A stretch of DNA of 64,000 bases from an uncultured Acidobacteriota bacterium (lineage in GTDB: Bacteria > Acidobacteriota > UBA6911): positions 672,001-736,000 of the forward strand of contig CAWJKZ010000014.1 in the NCBI GenBank assembly GCA_963843575.1, in the 5' to 3' direction. Position 1 is the stretch's first letter, and the number at the start of each line of letters is the position of its first letter. The notes beneath the pieces are model-generated. The model had not been told where the DNA came from and ran no database searches. It saw only the letters and a program-made list of their open reading frames with translations. Position numbers and translations under genes: made by a program. Of the stretch, positions 53,624-63,598 are shown one piece after another.

Positions 53624-53824
53624 ATGCCCCTGTTCGAGTATCGTTGCGCCGAGTGTGGCGCCGAATTTGAGAAGCTCGTACGCAATCCCGGTGCCGGCGC
53701 GGAAATCACCTGTCCCGTCTGCAGCAGCCGCAAGCTGGATCAAATGCTCTCCACTTTCGCGTCGCGCACGGGGAATGCGGGCTTCGGTTCACGGTCGGCG
53801 GGGTGCAAGCCCGCCGGGGGCTGA
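53624..53824 (+). CDS. FmdB family zinc-ribbon regulatory protein
   Basis: MPLFEYRCAECGAEFE..CPVCSS. Confidence 0.9.
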   Translation: MPLFEYRCAECGAEFEKLVRNPGAGAEITCPVCSSRKLDQMLSTFASRTGNAGFGSRSAGCKPAGG

Positions 53825-53911
53825 GGCTGGAAGTGACCAGGGCGGCGGTCAGCCGCCCACCTTCTGTTATTCACTGTTATTCAGCACGCTATAGCAGAGC
53901 TCGAGGGCATA

Positions 53912-54325
53912 ATGATGGAGATGATAATCGACTTTCCCGGTGGAGCCCGGGTCGACGCGCACCTTCGCGGGTTGACCGTATCCACCGACCAGCCTTCCTC
54001 CGCCGGAGGACAGGATTCTGCCCCCACCCCGTACGAAACATTCCTGGCGGCACTGGGAACCTGCGCGGGGATCTATGTGCTCGGTTTCTGCCGGCAGCGC
54101 GGTCTGGCGACCGACGGTATCCGGCTGGTGCAGCGGGTAGACATCGATCCGGCGACGGCGCTGGCAGGTACGGTAAACCTTGAAATTCAACTGCCGCCGG
54201 ACTTCCCGCAGCAATACAAGCCGGCGGTGATCCGGGCAGCTGCGCAGTGCAAGGTCAAGAAACAATTCGAACACCCGCCGAAAGTGGAAGTCACGACGTC
54301 CGTCATTGAGCCGGCTTCCGCCTGA
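53912..54325 (+). CDS. OsmC family protein
   Basis: TDQP..GG..APTPYETFLAALGTCAG..CKVKK. Confidence 0.9.
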   Translation: MMEMIIDFPGGARVDAHLRGLTVSTDQPSSAGGQDSAPTPYETFLAALGTCAGIYVLGFCRQRGLATDGIRLVQRVDIDPATALAGTVNLEIQLPPDFPQQYKPAVIRAAAQCKVKKQFEHPPKVEVTTSVIEPASA

Positions 54326-54335
54326 GCGGGAGGGA

Positions 54336-54762
54336 GGAGTGCGGCAACGCGAGCGCCGGGCGGGCAGATGCAAGGCGCCGCGACGCAGGCGATGTGGGGA
54401 CGTCGTCGAGGAGCGGCAACGCCGCAGATGCCCGCCGCCGCCGCGCCCCTCCGGCCTGCGGCCCGCAGGTCCGCCGACTGCGTTGCTCGATCCTCACCTA
54501 CCCCCCCGGGTATGCTCGTCGCCCGCGCCTTGTCAGCGGGCCTGGGGGCCTGCAGCAAAGTGGACCTGTCGTTCTGTGACAGACCCTTGGTGGCCAGTTT
54601 CATGAATACGGCGACATGTTTTTTTGCGCGCGTTGACGCAGACCAAGGACAACGTCGATTACCGCCGCGTTCATCCGTGTCCCGAAAAACACATCACCTC
54701 GATTATGAAATCGAGCACATAGCAGCGGAGGCGGCATCGAGCCAATCGAGCCGCCGCACTCC
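54336..54762. repeat. Composite repeat: family B-related MITE core between family A REP half-sites
   Basis: GGAGTGCGGC at 54336 and GCCGCACTCC at 54753 bracket CGCGAGCGCCGGGCGGGCAGATGCAAGG..GAGGAGCGGCAACGCCGCAGATGCCCGCC and a TIR-like end TTCTGTGACAGACCC at ~54586. Confidence 0.72.
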
Positions 54763-54836
54763 AGATTTCGTGTCCCAGCGCGTGCAGGCGCGTCCTCTGA
54801 GGGCCTTCGCGACTCGACAAGAGCCCTGTTCCCCGA

Positions 54837-56207
54837 CTACGCCAAGTCCCGCCGCAGGTTCACGCGAAACCGTGGAGCGACGATCCGCAGGCCCGGCCGC
54901 CGCCAGGGGGCGGCCGTCGCAGGATGCTGCTCTGGAACCCGCTCCTCCCCATGAGCAGTTCCTTCAGTGGTTTCGTCCTTCCCGGCGGTCGAGGGTTCTC
55001 GCGCCGCGGTGAACGGCCTCGGAAAACGGTGTGGGCGCGCGGGCGCCGGGATGCCGGCCAGTTGGCGCGTCAAGTCGTGGTAGCTGCGCGCAAGGGTGGA
55101 GCCGTTTCTCCGGACAAGGGGCTTACCGGACATCAAGGCCCGGGCGCAGTCCTTGTCGCGGTCGGGTATCTTGAAGTAGACGGGCTGCCCCAGTACTTTT
55201 TCGACCTGTCCGGCGGTAATCTCGTCCGCGGCGCGAATGCGATTAATCACCAGCTTCAGCTTGCCCGCAGCCCCGAATGTCGCCAGGTAACGCATCAGAT
55301 ATCCGGTGCGGGAGATCGAGGAAAGCTCGGGATTCGCAATCACGAGCACCGCCTCGGCGGCCTTGATCAGCACCTGCATGTGTTCCTTCGGCAGAAGCTG
55401 CGGGATGTCGACAAGGGTGTAGGTGTAGGTCTGGGTGGCCACCTTGAGCAGCCTGGCCATGGCCGCCACATCCACAATTTCTTTTGTGCCCAAGTCCTTC
55501 GGAGCCGGGAGCACGGACAGCCCCTCGGCCCTGGCCATACAGGTGTCCAGGAGCACGGAGTCCAGGCGGGACCCTGCCGCAAGAGCCTCGGCCGTCTTGA
55601 ACGGCGGCGTCAGGCTCAGATACAACGCGGCATCTCCGAAACGATTGCCGAGTTCGATGAGCGCGACCCGGTTTCCCGGAACCGCCGCCAGTACACTGGC
55701 GATGTTGATGGCGATTGAAGTGGCTCCGCTCCCCTCCTTGGCCGCAGTGAGGCAGTAGATCTTCCCCTCGGTCCTGATTTCCTGCTTTCGCTGTTTTTCC
55801 GCGACGTGCCGGTCGATGGCCTGCACCAGGCGACGCTGCTGGACCGGCATGGGAAGGAACTCGCGCGCACCGGCGCGGACGGCCTCCATGATGAGGTTCG
55901 GGTCGGTCTTCTCGGAGAGGGCGAGCAGCCGGGTTTCCGGCAGAGCGGCCTGCAGCGCCTCGAGTGAAAGTATCCCGGCATGGGCGTCGTCTATGCCGAC
56001 CAGGATCACCTCCGGCCGGGCATCGACGAAAAGGCGCGCGGCTTCATCTCGAGGTTCTGCACAGTGCTGCGCGGACTCGACTTCCACCGACACCAGGCCT
56101 GTTTCCTCCGCCAGCCGGCGCAAGTACTTGCGGCTTTCGAGAGAAGGGATCAGCAGTCCGATGGGGACTTTCGTCGAGGGCATAGTGAACTGCTCCGGCC
56201 TGGACAC
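54837..56207 (-). CDS. CpaE/TadZ-like pilus-associated protein (atypical receiver plus MinD-like ATPase)
   Basis: PNLIMEAVRAGAREFL, AKEGSGATSIAINIA degenerate Walker A, GDAALYL, RLDSVLL, YTLVDIP, LVINR. Confidence 0.85.
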   Translation of the reverse strand: MSRPEQFTMPSTKVPIGLLIPSLESRKYLRRLAEETGLVSVEVESAQHCAEPRDEAARLFVDARPEVILVGIDDAHAGILSLEALQAALPETRLLALSEKTDPNLIMEAVRAGAREFLPMPVQQRRLVQAIDRHVAEKQRKQEIRTEGKIYCLTAAKEGSGATSIAINIASVLAAVPGNRVALIELGNRFGDAALYLSLTPPFKTAEALAAGSRLDSVLLDTCMARAEGLSVLPAPKDLGTKEIVDVAAMARLLKVATQTYTYTLVDIPQLLPKEHMQVLIKAAEAVLVIANPELSSISRTGYLMRYLATFGAAGKLKLVINRIRAADEITAGQVEKVLGQPVYFKIPDRDKDCARALMSGKPLVRRNGSTLARSYHDLTRQLAGIPAPARPHRFPRPFTAAREPSTAGKDETTEGTAHGEERVPEQHPATAAPWRRPGLRIVAPRFRVNLRRDLA

Positions 56208-56528
56208 CGTGAGGAACTCTCCCGGTTCCAGGCTTCGAGTATATCTCCCACGAAGCTTTCGCGGCTCTGGCAGGCTTTATCGGCAGACAGGGCGAGCGTC
56301 TTCTGATTTTTGTGCGGTCGGATCGGCAATTTTTTCACTCGCGCGGCCCTGCCTAACCCGGATCATCCAAGCATGCCCGTGCTTTGCGTCGTTATCGCTC
56401 AAATACGCCTAAACTATCGCGCCGGAGCGCCGATGAGGAATGGGAATAGCTCTATAAAGTCCAGTTGGAGCGCCATGCATTCTTACCGGTGCACCCCCTC
56501 TGCGCACGTGACCAGTGAGGGAGTTACC

Positions 56529-58034
56529 ATGTCATTTCCACCCCGCCGTAACACCCGTCAACTCGCCGGCGCGGTTCCCCGGCCCGGATCGGCACGGCAG
56601 GAAGAAGGCATCGCCGTCCTGATCGCGCTTGTGGCGTTGTCGATATTCTCCATCCTCGCCATGTACATGAGCCTGAACGCGACCGTGGAAGTGCGGATCA
56701 GCGACAACTACGAATCCCGGCTGCAGGCCAACATGGCCGCACGCGCGGGGTTGAACCACGCGCGTGAGGTGCTCAGGGGATTGGCCTGGAGCGACCAGTT
56801 GAAGGGACCGGACGGAGCCTATGCCAACACCAGCGCCTACCTGACCCAGGCACGGACGTTCGGCTTTCGCAACCCCGTGGACTGGGGAGTGGCACGCGCG
56901 CTGAACATCGTCGACCCGTCCAGCAGCTTCAGCGGGGTGAGCGATGACGGCCTGGTGAATACCGGCCTCTACAACACCACTCCCGGAACGGTGCTCATTG
57001 CCGCCATCGGCAGGCCCTTCACCCCGCCGAACCCGTACGGTTCGGGTACGATCACTACCGCGCGCTACTTCACCAAGGTGACCGACAACAACGGGGAGGC
57101 GACGGAGCTTGCCGCCGACGGCGCCAACAACCCGTTCTTCGACGGGGATAACGTCATCATCCTGCGATCTATGGGGATCGCGCGCACCATCTCGGAGGCC
57201 GGGGGGGTCGTCCGGCGCAACTCGGTCGCGGTAGTCGAAACGCGATTCCGACGAGGACAGACATTTAACCTGAGTTGCCCGTTGATCATAGAAGGGGACA
57301 ACGTCAACGCCACATTCAACGGCATGCCGTGGGGTATCGCCGGCGGAGCCGGTGCAGCCGGGCTGGGCACCATCGACACCAACACCGGCAACGGAGTCCA
57401 TCCCGATCAGATAATTCGGGCCGCCGTGGGTAGCAGCGGCTCCATCACCGGGGGGGGGCTCCCCAACCCATCCATCCAGGACGTCACCGCGGCGACCGCA
57501 AGCGATTCCGAGAAAGCCAAGTTGATGGACCCTGTTTACCTGTGGAACTTTGTCCATAACCAGATTCCGAGAATAGCCGACTACAAATATACAGGCAATC
57601 AAAGCTGGAACGGCGGGAGCGCCCCTTACCTGGGGGCTTTTAACCATACGCTTCCGCTGAATGCACCCGGACAGGATCCCAAGGTCACCTTCGTGGACGG
57701 CAACCTCTCGATGAGCGGAAACATGACCGGAGGGGGGCTGCTCGTCGTGACCGGCGATCTGAACACAAACGGTCGCCTCACGTGGGATGGTCTCATCATC
57801 GTGATCGGCAATGGCTACATGGACGCGGGCGGTTTGAATCAGGGTGTGTACGGCGGTGTCTTCGTGGCCAACGTACACCAGGTCGGTGGGGTCCCCCAGT
57901 TCGGCACACCGAGCTTCCGCATGTCGGGCAACAGCCACATCTACTACGACTCAGCTGCCCTCGCGATGTCGGTTGGACTACTTCCGCCCGTCCAGCTCGG
58001 CTTCCGGGAAATCACGAGCGAGATCGACCCATAG
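56529..58034 (+). CDS. PilX-like N-terminal domain protein with Gly/Asn-rich beta-rich C-terminus
   Basis: RQEEG|IAVLIALVAL prepilin-like site, EVRISDNY..ANMAARAGL, C-term DGNLSMSGNMTGGGLLVVTGDL. Confidence 0.8.
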   Translation: MSFPPRRNTRQLAGAVPRPGSARQEEGIAVLIALVALSIFSILAMYMSLNATVEVRISDNYESRLQANMAARAGLNHAREVLRGLAWSDQLKGPDGAYANTSAYLTQARTFGFRNPVDWGVARALNIVDPSSSFSGVSDDGLVNTGLYNTTPGTVLIAAIGRPFTPPNPYGSGTITTARYFTKVTDNNGEATELAADGANNPFFDGDNVIILRSMGIARTISEAGGVVRRNSVAVVETRFRRGQTFNLSCPLIIEGDNVNATFNGMPWGIAGGAGAAGLGTIDTNTGNGVHPDQIIRAAVGSSGSITGGGLPNPSIQDVTAATASDSEKAKLMDPVYLWNFVHNQIPRIADYKYTGNQSWNGGSAPYLGAFNHTLPLNAPGQDPKVTFVDGNLSMSGNMTGGGLLVVTGDLNTNGRLTWDGLIIVIGNGYMDAGGLNQGVYGGVFVANVHQVGGVPQFGTPSFRMSGNSHIYYDSAALAMSVGLLPPVQLGFREITSEIDP

Positions 58035-58061
58035 AGGAAAATCGGGTTCGTCGCATGCTCA

Positions 58062-58296
58062 AAGTGAGTCCGAGCTGAAGAGGCGGTCCAACGGTTGATT
58101 GTGGAGTACGGCGGTTCGACGCCGCCAAAGGCCGAGGTCGCAGGGTCGCATCTCGCAATTCGGCGTGGCGCCGAGGCGCCGAGCATTCCTGCCGTAGGAC
58201 GAGTGAAAGCGGCGCCGAGGCGCCGCACTCCAGATTACTTCAGTTCGTCCGGATTGAACGTCAATCGTTGGACAGCCTCCGAGGCCCGGACCCACT
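58062..58296. repeat. Palindromic MITE/REP-like element, family A, copy 2
   Basis: Shares AACGGTTGATTGTGGAGT, GTCGCAGGGTCGCATCTCG, AATTCGGCGTGGCGCCGAG and the terminal GCCCGGACCC with 16790-16989; has an extra AAAGCGGCGCCGAGGCGCCGCACTCC REP. Confidence 0.88.
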
Positions 58297-58329
58297 GTGT
58301 CTTAGGGAAGGCGATGGAAGCAAACGGGC

Positions 58330-59298
58330 CTACTGGCCTCCGCCCTTGGCGAATTCTGGTGCGTAGAGAGCTTTCGCGAAGGCCGGGTCGGCGGCCAGCT
58401 GTGGGAACCTCGGGTCGGCGAGCAGTTCGGAAAACGTGGGGTTGGCGGCTAGACGGGCGAAGTTCGGCCGCGCCGCAAGCCGGGCAAATTCCTGGTCCCG
58501 GCTGATCCGCGTGAAGAGCGGGTCCGCGAGCATCTTACGGAACGCCGGGTCGAAGGCCAGGCTGTCGAACCCGGTTGTGGTGATCAACCGCACGAACGCA
58601 TCGTCTCCGGCGAGCCGGACGAAGGTGGGGTTGGCGCAAAGCTTCCTGAATGCCGCCGAATCGGCAAGCTGGGCTATCCCGGGATTGTCTGATTTTTTGG
58701 CCAGATCCGGATCGGCGGCAATCTGAGCGAAAGCCGGGTCGGCCCCCATGCGCATGAAGGCGGGATCCACCCCTACCGAGACAAAGGCAGGTTCGCCCAG
58801 AAGTCGCACGAACTCGGGGTCGCCGGCCAGCGCTACGAACCCCGGTGCCGCTGCCGCCTTGATGAAAACCGGGTCGCACGCCAGCATCGCCAGGTCGGGC
58901 TGTCCGGCCAGCTTCACGAACCCGGGATCGCTCAACTTCTCGAGATCGGGCTCGTTCGCCAGCCTGGCGAACGCCGGGTCCGCGAGCAGCGTCTTGACCC
59001 TTGGGTCCGCCGTCAGCCGGCCAAAAACGCTGCTCTGCATCAATTTCTGCACATCCTCATCCGTCGTCGGGGCAGCGGCTGCGGGTGTCTTCATGACCAG
59101 CTCGAGAGGAACCTTGCGGGCTGCCGCGACCTCCCTGACGGGAGGCTTGCGAAAGACCCCATAGTAAACCGCCGCGATCACCGCGATGACCAGGCACGCA
59201 ATTACGATGGCCTTGTCCTGCCGGCCGGAGGCGCGTTTCTGTGCGGCCAGCCGTCGTTTTCCCCCCGGCGCCCTCGGCGCCTTCTTCGCTACCGCCAT
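58330..59298 (-). CDS. Membrane-anchored hypothetical protein with ~25 tandem 9-residue (A/G)DPxFxxL(A/L) repeats
   Basis: GGAGG RBS, ATG 59298; basic N-term, TM IVIACLVIAVIAAVYYGVF, then ADPAFARLA-type repeats to the C-terminus. Confidence 0.85.
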   Translation of the reverse strand: MAVAKKAPRAPGGKRRLAAQKRASGRQDKAIVIACLVIAVIAAVYYGVFRKPPVREVAAARKVPLELVMKTPAAAAPTTDEDVQKLMQSSVFGRLTADPRVKTLLADPAFARLANEPDLEKLSDPGFVKLAGQPDLAMLACDPVFIKAAAAPGFVALAGDPEFVRLLGEPAFVSVGVDPAFMRMGADPAFAQIAADPDLAKKSDNPGIAQLADSAAFRKLCANPTFVRLAGDDAFVRLITTTGFDSLAFDPAFRKMLADPLFTRISRDQEFARLAARPNFARLAANPTFSELLADPRFPQLAADPAFAKALYAPEFAKGGGQ

Positions 59299-59463
59299 TG
59301 AAACCTCCGGATGAAACTGGAACCACAAACACTCCGTGCTTATCACCGTATTCGTCAATCGCGGGAAATACTTTAGCGGACAATGCCTGGCCGGTGCGGA
59401 AACCGGACATAATCCGCAGGCAAAGAAATGGGAGAGGATGAAGGCAGCCGGCCGCCCGATTTA

Positions 59464-59703
59464 GGGTTCGCTCAAGAACAAGTTCACATTTTGGCGCGAG
59501 CGCCGGGCGGGCAGATGCAAGGTGCCGCGACGCCAGCGATGTCGTGACATCGTCGAGGAGCGGCAACGCCCCAGATGCCCGCCCGCCGCCGCGCCCGGGA
59601 GGGCTGACGGCTCCGCTAACAGCAATCTCCTATCGTTGCTTGCTGTAGGATCTGTTGGCTCGGGAGCCGTCGGCAAAATGTGAAGTTATTCTTGCGCGAG
59701 CCC
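59464..59703. mobile_element. MITE family B, copy 2 (240 bp)
   Basis: TIRs GGGTTCGCTCAAGAACAAGTTCACATTTTG / CAAAATGTGAAGTTATTCTTGCGCGAGCCC with perfect TTA direct repeats at 59461-63 and 59704-06. Confidence 0.92.
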
Positions 59704-60132
59704 TTAGCCGTCGATCATGCGCACGCGGCGCTCGTGCCGGCCACCCTCAAACACGGTGGTCAACCAGACGTCGACGATCCGCAACGCCTCGTCTTCGGTC
59801 ACGAAACGCGCTCCCAACGCCAGGACGTTGGCGTCATTGTGCGCGCGCCCCAGCCGGGCACTCTCCTGGTTCCAGCAGAGGGCGCAACGGACACCCCGGA
59901 CGCGGTTCGCCACGATCGCTTCGCCGTTTCCGGACGCACCGAGCACGATGCCACGCTCGCACTCGCCCGAACCGACGGCCAGGGCCGCGGGGCGGACGAA
60001 GACCGGGTAATCCACCGGAGCGTCCGAGTGAGTGCCGAAGTCGAGGACCACGTGCCCCAAGCGCTCGAGATGCGACCTGATCGACCCTTTGTAGCGGAAC
60101 CCTTCGTGGTCGGTACCGATGCTGATCTTCAT
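59704..60132 (-). CDS. rpiB: Ribose-5-phosphate isomerase B
   Basis: IGTDHEG, DFGT, VDYP, GASGNGEAIVANRV, HNDANVLALG, FEGGRHERRV. Confidence 0.94.
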   Translation of the reverse strand: MKISIGTDHEGFRYKGSIRSHLERLGHVVLDFGTHSDAPVDYPVFVRPAALAVGSGECERGIVLGASGNGEAIVANRVRGVRCALCWNQESARLGRAHNDANVLALGARFVTEDEALRIVDVWLTTVFEGGRHERRVRMIDG

Positions 60133-60293
60133 GGAGATCCCCGTTCGCCGTGAGCGGCCACGGCCCGAATGGCGCTATCCGATCGGTATACGACGTTTGT
60201 TTTCCGCAGGCCACGCCTCGAACGTCCTGAGCTCGGGGCTGAGGCTGCGTGGGGCATCGCGGTTGAACTGAAACATTTTGCCGTGGCCCGCCC

Positions 60294-60719
60294 TCACTTC
60301 TGGGCAATCCCCAGGAGTTCGATTTCAAAATCCAGGGTGGCATTGGGCGGGATCCCGGTGCGCCCGCGGGACCCGTAGGCGAGGTTTGCCGGAATGATCA
60401 GCTCGCGCTTTCCCCCGACCTTCATTCCCTTCACCCCCTCGTCCCATCCCTTGATCACGTTCCCTGCGCCGAGCGTGAAGGTGAAGGGTTTGTCGCGGTC
60501 CTTGGAACTGTCGAACTTCGCACCACGGGCGCCCTTCTCATAAAGCCATCCGGTGTAATGCACCTTCACCTTGTCGCCGGTCCTGGCCGCCTGCCCTGTG
60601 CCGGGCACATGATTTATGTAACGCAGACCCGAGGGCGTCTTGACGGCCTTCCCCTGACCCAAACCAGACACGGCCAAAACCAGAATCCCGCACAGCGCCG
60701 GCAGCCATCTCCGCATCAT
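60294..60719 (-). CDS. Secreted FKBP-type peptidyl-prolyl isomerase
   Basis: Signal peptide, [37 protein letters not shown]. Confidence 0.95.
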   Translation of the reverse strand: MMRRWLPALCGILVLAVSGLGQGKAVKTPSGLRYINHVPGTGQAARTGDKVKVHYTGWLYEKGARGAKFDSSKDRDKPFTFTLGAGNVIKGWDEGVKGMKVGGKRELIIPANLAYGSRGRTGIPPNATLDFEIELLGIAQK

Positions 60720-60736
60720 TGCCTCCACCGTTATGA

Positions 60737-61316
60737 TCAATTCGGCTTCGCCTCGTTCGACGAAAAACACTGCATGGTACCAGAAGCGCCGCCCCGGGTC
60801 TGCTTTTGGTCGATGCGCTCAACCGAAAAAACGATGTGGTCGAAACCGGCGTACATGGTGTTGGCGGTCGGCTTCATCCCGATCTTCAGCGCGACCCCTT
60901 GGGACGGAATATTTTCAGGCCGGATGAGGGCGATGACGCGCGCGCATGTCGAGGACATGAAAGGCGTGGTCTCGTATGGTGGCCGCAGCCTCGGTGGCCA
61001 GTCCCCTGCGCCAGAACCTGCGGTCGACGATGTAGCCGAGAGAAGGTTCGGTTACACCGTCCACATCACACATCAGGAGTCCGGCCTGTCCGATGGGTTG
61101 GTCCGTGGCGCGGTCCAGGGCGAGCCAGTAGCCGTGGCCGTCACGCGCGTAGCGTTGTTCCATGCGGTTCACCCAGGCTTCGGCCTCCAGCCGCGTATAG
61201 CACCGCGGCCAGAAGCGCATCACTTCCGGATCGCCGAGCAGCGAGGCTATATAATCGATATCCGGGAGAGACATCTCACGAAAGCGGATCCGAGGCGATT
61301 CGAGCACCCAGCGCAT
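60737..61316 (-). CDS. RimJ/RimL-type GNAT N-acetyltransferase (frameshifted)
   Basis: [54 protein letters not shown]. Confidence 0.9.
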
Positions 61317-61452
61317 GCGCGCACCACCACACCCTGTTCGGCGAAGTTTAGGGGGCGGTCGCGGGCGTGTCAAGACGGGCACGGCCCGCCGTGCGAGGAA
61401 GATCGTGCGGAATCGTGTATCCTGCGACGGTACTCTTTTGGAGGACAAGCAT

Positions 61453-62003
61453 ATGAGACGAGCGGCGGCTCTGCGCGCTCCTGTCGGCGCTGATTGCCGG
61501 TAGAGCATCGGCCGAGGAGAGGACAATACCTGCCGGAACAAGGATATCGGTGACACTCCACGATTCCGTGAGCTCGAAGTCGGCTCGCGTGGGGACGCGG
61601 GTGGCGGGCAGCGTTGCTGAAGATGTGGTCTTCCACGGCAGGGTTCTGGTTCCTCGCGGTTCGCCTGCGACCCTTCTGGTCGCCAGCGTTCAGCCTTCCG
61701 GCAGACTGCGGACGGCGGCCCGGCTTTATCTGAGTCTTGTCAGCTTGAAGGCAGGGGAGCAATCCTACGCGGTGGAGTCGCGCTGGGCGGGTGCGGTCGG
61801 GCCTTCGCACGCGAAGAGGTAACGTCGCCGCGGCCGGCGGCGGCGCGGCCGCCGGGGGGGCAAAGGGGCGCGGCGAATGGCGCTGCTGCGGGCGCAGGCG
61901 CAGGCTCGGTCGACGCCGACGGCCACCGGGAGGAGAGACGTCGATATTCCCCGCGGAGACGAAGCTCCTGTTCATGACGAAATCCTCCATCCGGCTGCGG
62001 TGA
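61453..62003 (+). CDS. Secreted hypothetical protein with glycine-zipper segment (frameshifted)
   Basis: GGAGG RBS; TIPAGTRISVTLHDSVSSKSARVG..VLVPRGS..SGRL..SHAKR, GGGAAAGG, FPAETKLLF across three frames. Confidence 0.7.
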
Positions 62004-62442
62004 TGCGTGGCGTGCCTCGCATGGAGAGAAACCGCTCAAAGGACGAACGGTAGCGCTGCAGCGCGATGCGCAGGTCCTCCGTGGGTACCTGGCCGCCGGG
62101 GAGATTGTGACGTCGCGGAAGATGGCACAGACCTGGTGCGATAAGCATGCCTGCATTTTCCCCGGGTTGGAGCGCCGGCACGCCGCTCGAATTCCTGGCC
62201 GGGACTCAAGGCGCGGGTTTATAATGGCGTCACCTAGGACCTCCAGCGGAGGATCAGGATGTCCATCGGGCGCTCGCAATATCCCACGCCCCCCCCAAGG
62301 CGGTGGTCGGGATCGCCGTGGCGCCGACGCGCGCATGCGGCAACTTGGCGCCTGCTGAAACATCCAGCGCGACAAACCGCTCCCGGCTGCGCGGGGGTTC
62401 TTCCCGCCTCCACCCACGATCCAAAGAGAGAGGAGTATCCAC

Positions 62443-62916
62443 ATGGCCATTCCCAGGCAGATCTCTGAATTCCTGGACTCGCAGCAGGTCTGGTACCAGT
62501 ACTGTACACACTCTCCTGCGTATACGGCCCAGGGCCTTGCGCACGTGCAGCATGTCAGCGGGAAGGAGCTCGCCAAGGTCGTCATGGTCGTCGTGGATGG
62601 ACGAATGGTCATGGCTGTGTTGCCGGCGAGTCATCGGATCGAGATCGAGCGGCTGGCGGAGTTGTTGCACGCCCATAGCATCCGTGTCGCGGGCGAAGAG
62701 GAGTTTCAAGGCCTTTTTCCAGACTGTGAACTCGGAGCGATGCCTCCGTTCGGCAACCTGTACAACATGGACGTCTGGGTCGACACCGCACTGCGAGGGC
62801 ACCAGAACATCGTCTTCAACGCCGGTACTCACGTCGAGACGATCCAGATGAGCTATGCGGACTTCGAACGTCTGGTCCTGCCGCACGCCGGGAGTTTCAG
62901 CGTCTTGAGACACTGA
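62443..62916 (+). CDS. YbaK/EbsC family aminoacyl-tRNA deacylase
   Basis: HSPAYTAQ, LAKVVMV, LFPDCELGAMPPFG, FNAGTH. Confidence 0.93.
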   Translation: MAIPRQISEFLDSQQVWYQYCTHSPAYTAQGLAHVQHVSGKELAKVVMVVVDGRMVMAVLPASHRIEIERLAELLHAHSIRVAGEEEFQGLFPDCELGAMPPFGNLYNMDVWVDTALRGHQNIVFNAGTHVETIQMSYADFERLVLPHAGSFSVLRH

Positions 62917-62974
62917 CGCGGCCCGGAGGAGGTGAAGTCCCCCCGATCCTGCAACAGCGACTCAAGGAGGCACA

Positions 62975-63463
62975 ATGCCAAAGGGGCTCCGAGTGACTGA
63001 ACCGTACCGCAATGAGAAGCGTGTTCCACCCGGGAGAAATGAGAAGCACCCTGCAGAAACACGGTGTCCGCAGTGCGGCCTCGTATTTCAGGACGGTGTC
63101 TGGAAGCGTGCCGGTGCCAGGGCCGTCCGCGAGAGCCGGCCCAAACTCTGCCCCGCGTGCATGCAAGTGCGTGACCACCTCGCGGGGGGCGTCGTTCATC
63201 TGGGCGGCACCTTCACGGCCCTGCACCGGCAGGATGTCCTTAACCGGATCAAGAACGTCGAAGCCATGACAACCGAGGAACGCCCGCTCGAGAGGATCAT
63301 CCGCATCAAGGAAGAAAACGGCGAGATCCTGGTGTCGGCGACCACCGAACACCTCGCGGCGAGGATTGGGAAGGCCATTCAGCGGGATTTTGGAGGTGAC
63401 CTGCAGCTGAAGTATTCACCGGAGGACAAGTTCGCGACGGTGCGGTGGCGCCGCGACCTGTAA
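62975..63463 (+). CDS. BCAM0308-like (NMD3-related) zinc-binding protein
   Basis: CPQCGLVFQDGVW, CPAC, RPLERII, TTEHLAARIGKA, VRWRR. Confidence 0.82.
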   Translation: MPKGLRVTEPYRNEKRVPPGRNEKHPAETRCPQCGLVFQDGVWKRAGARAVRESRPKLCPACMQVRDHLAGGVVHLGGTFTALHRQDVLNRIKNVEAMTTEERPLERIIRIKEENGEILVSATTEHLAARIGKAIQRDFGGDLQLKYSPEDKFATVRWRRDL

Positions 63464-63598
63464 ACGGATGTTCATGGGTACCGGTGCGCCTTCCGGCCCT
63501 TGCCGCGACGGCGCACCGGGCCTCCCCGCCTTTGCGGCAGGACGCATCCTCAATTGTCGAGCCCTCACGGAAGAACAGCTCTCGTGACCGACGACAAA

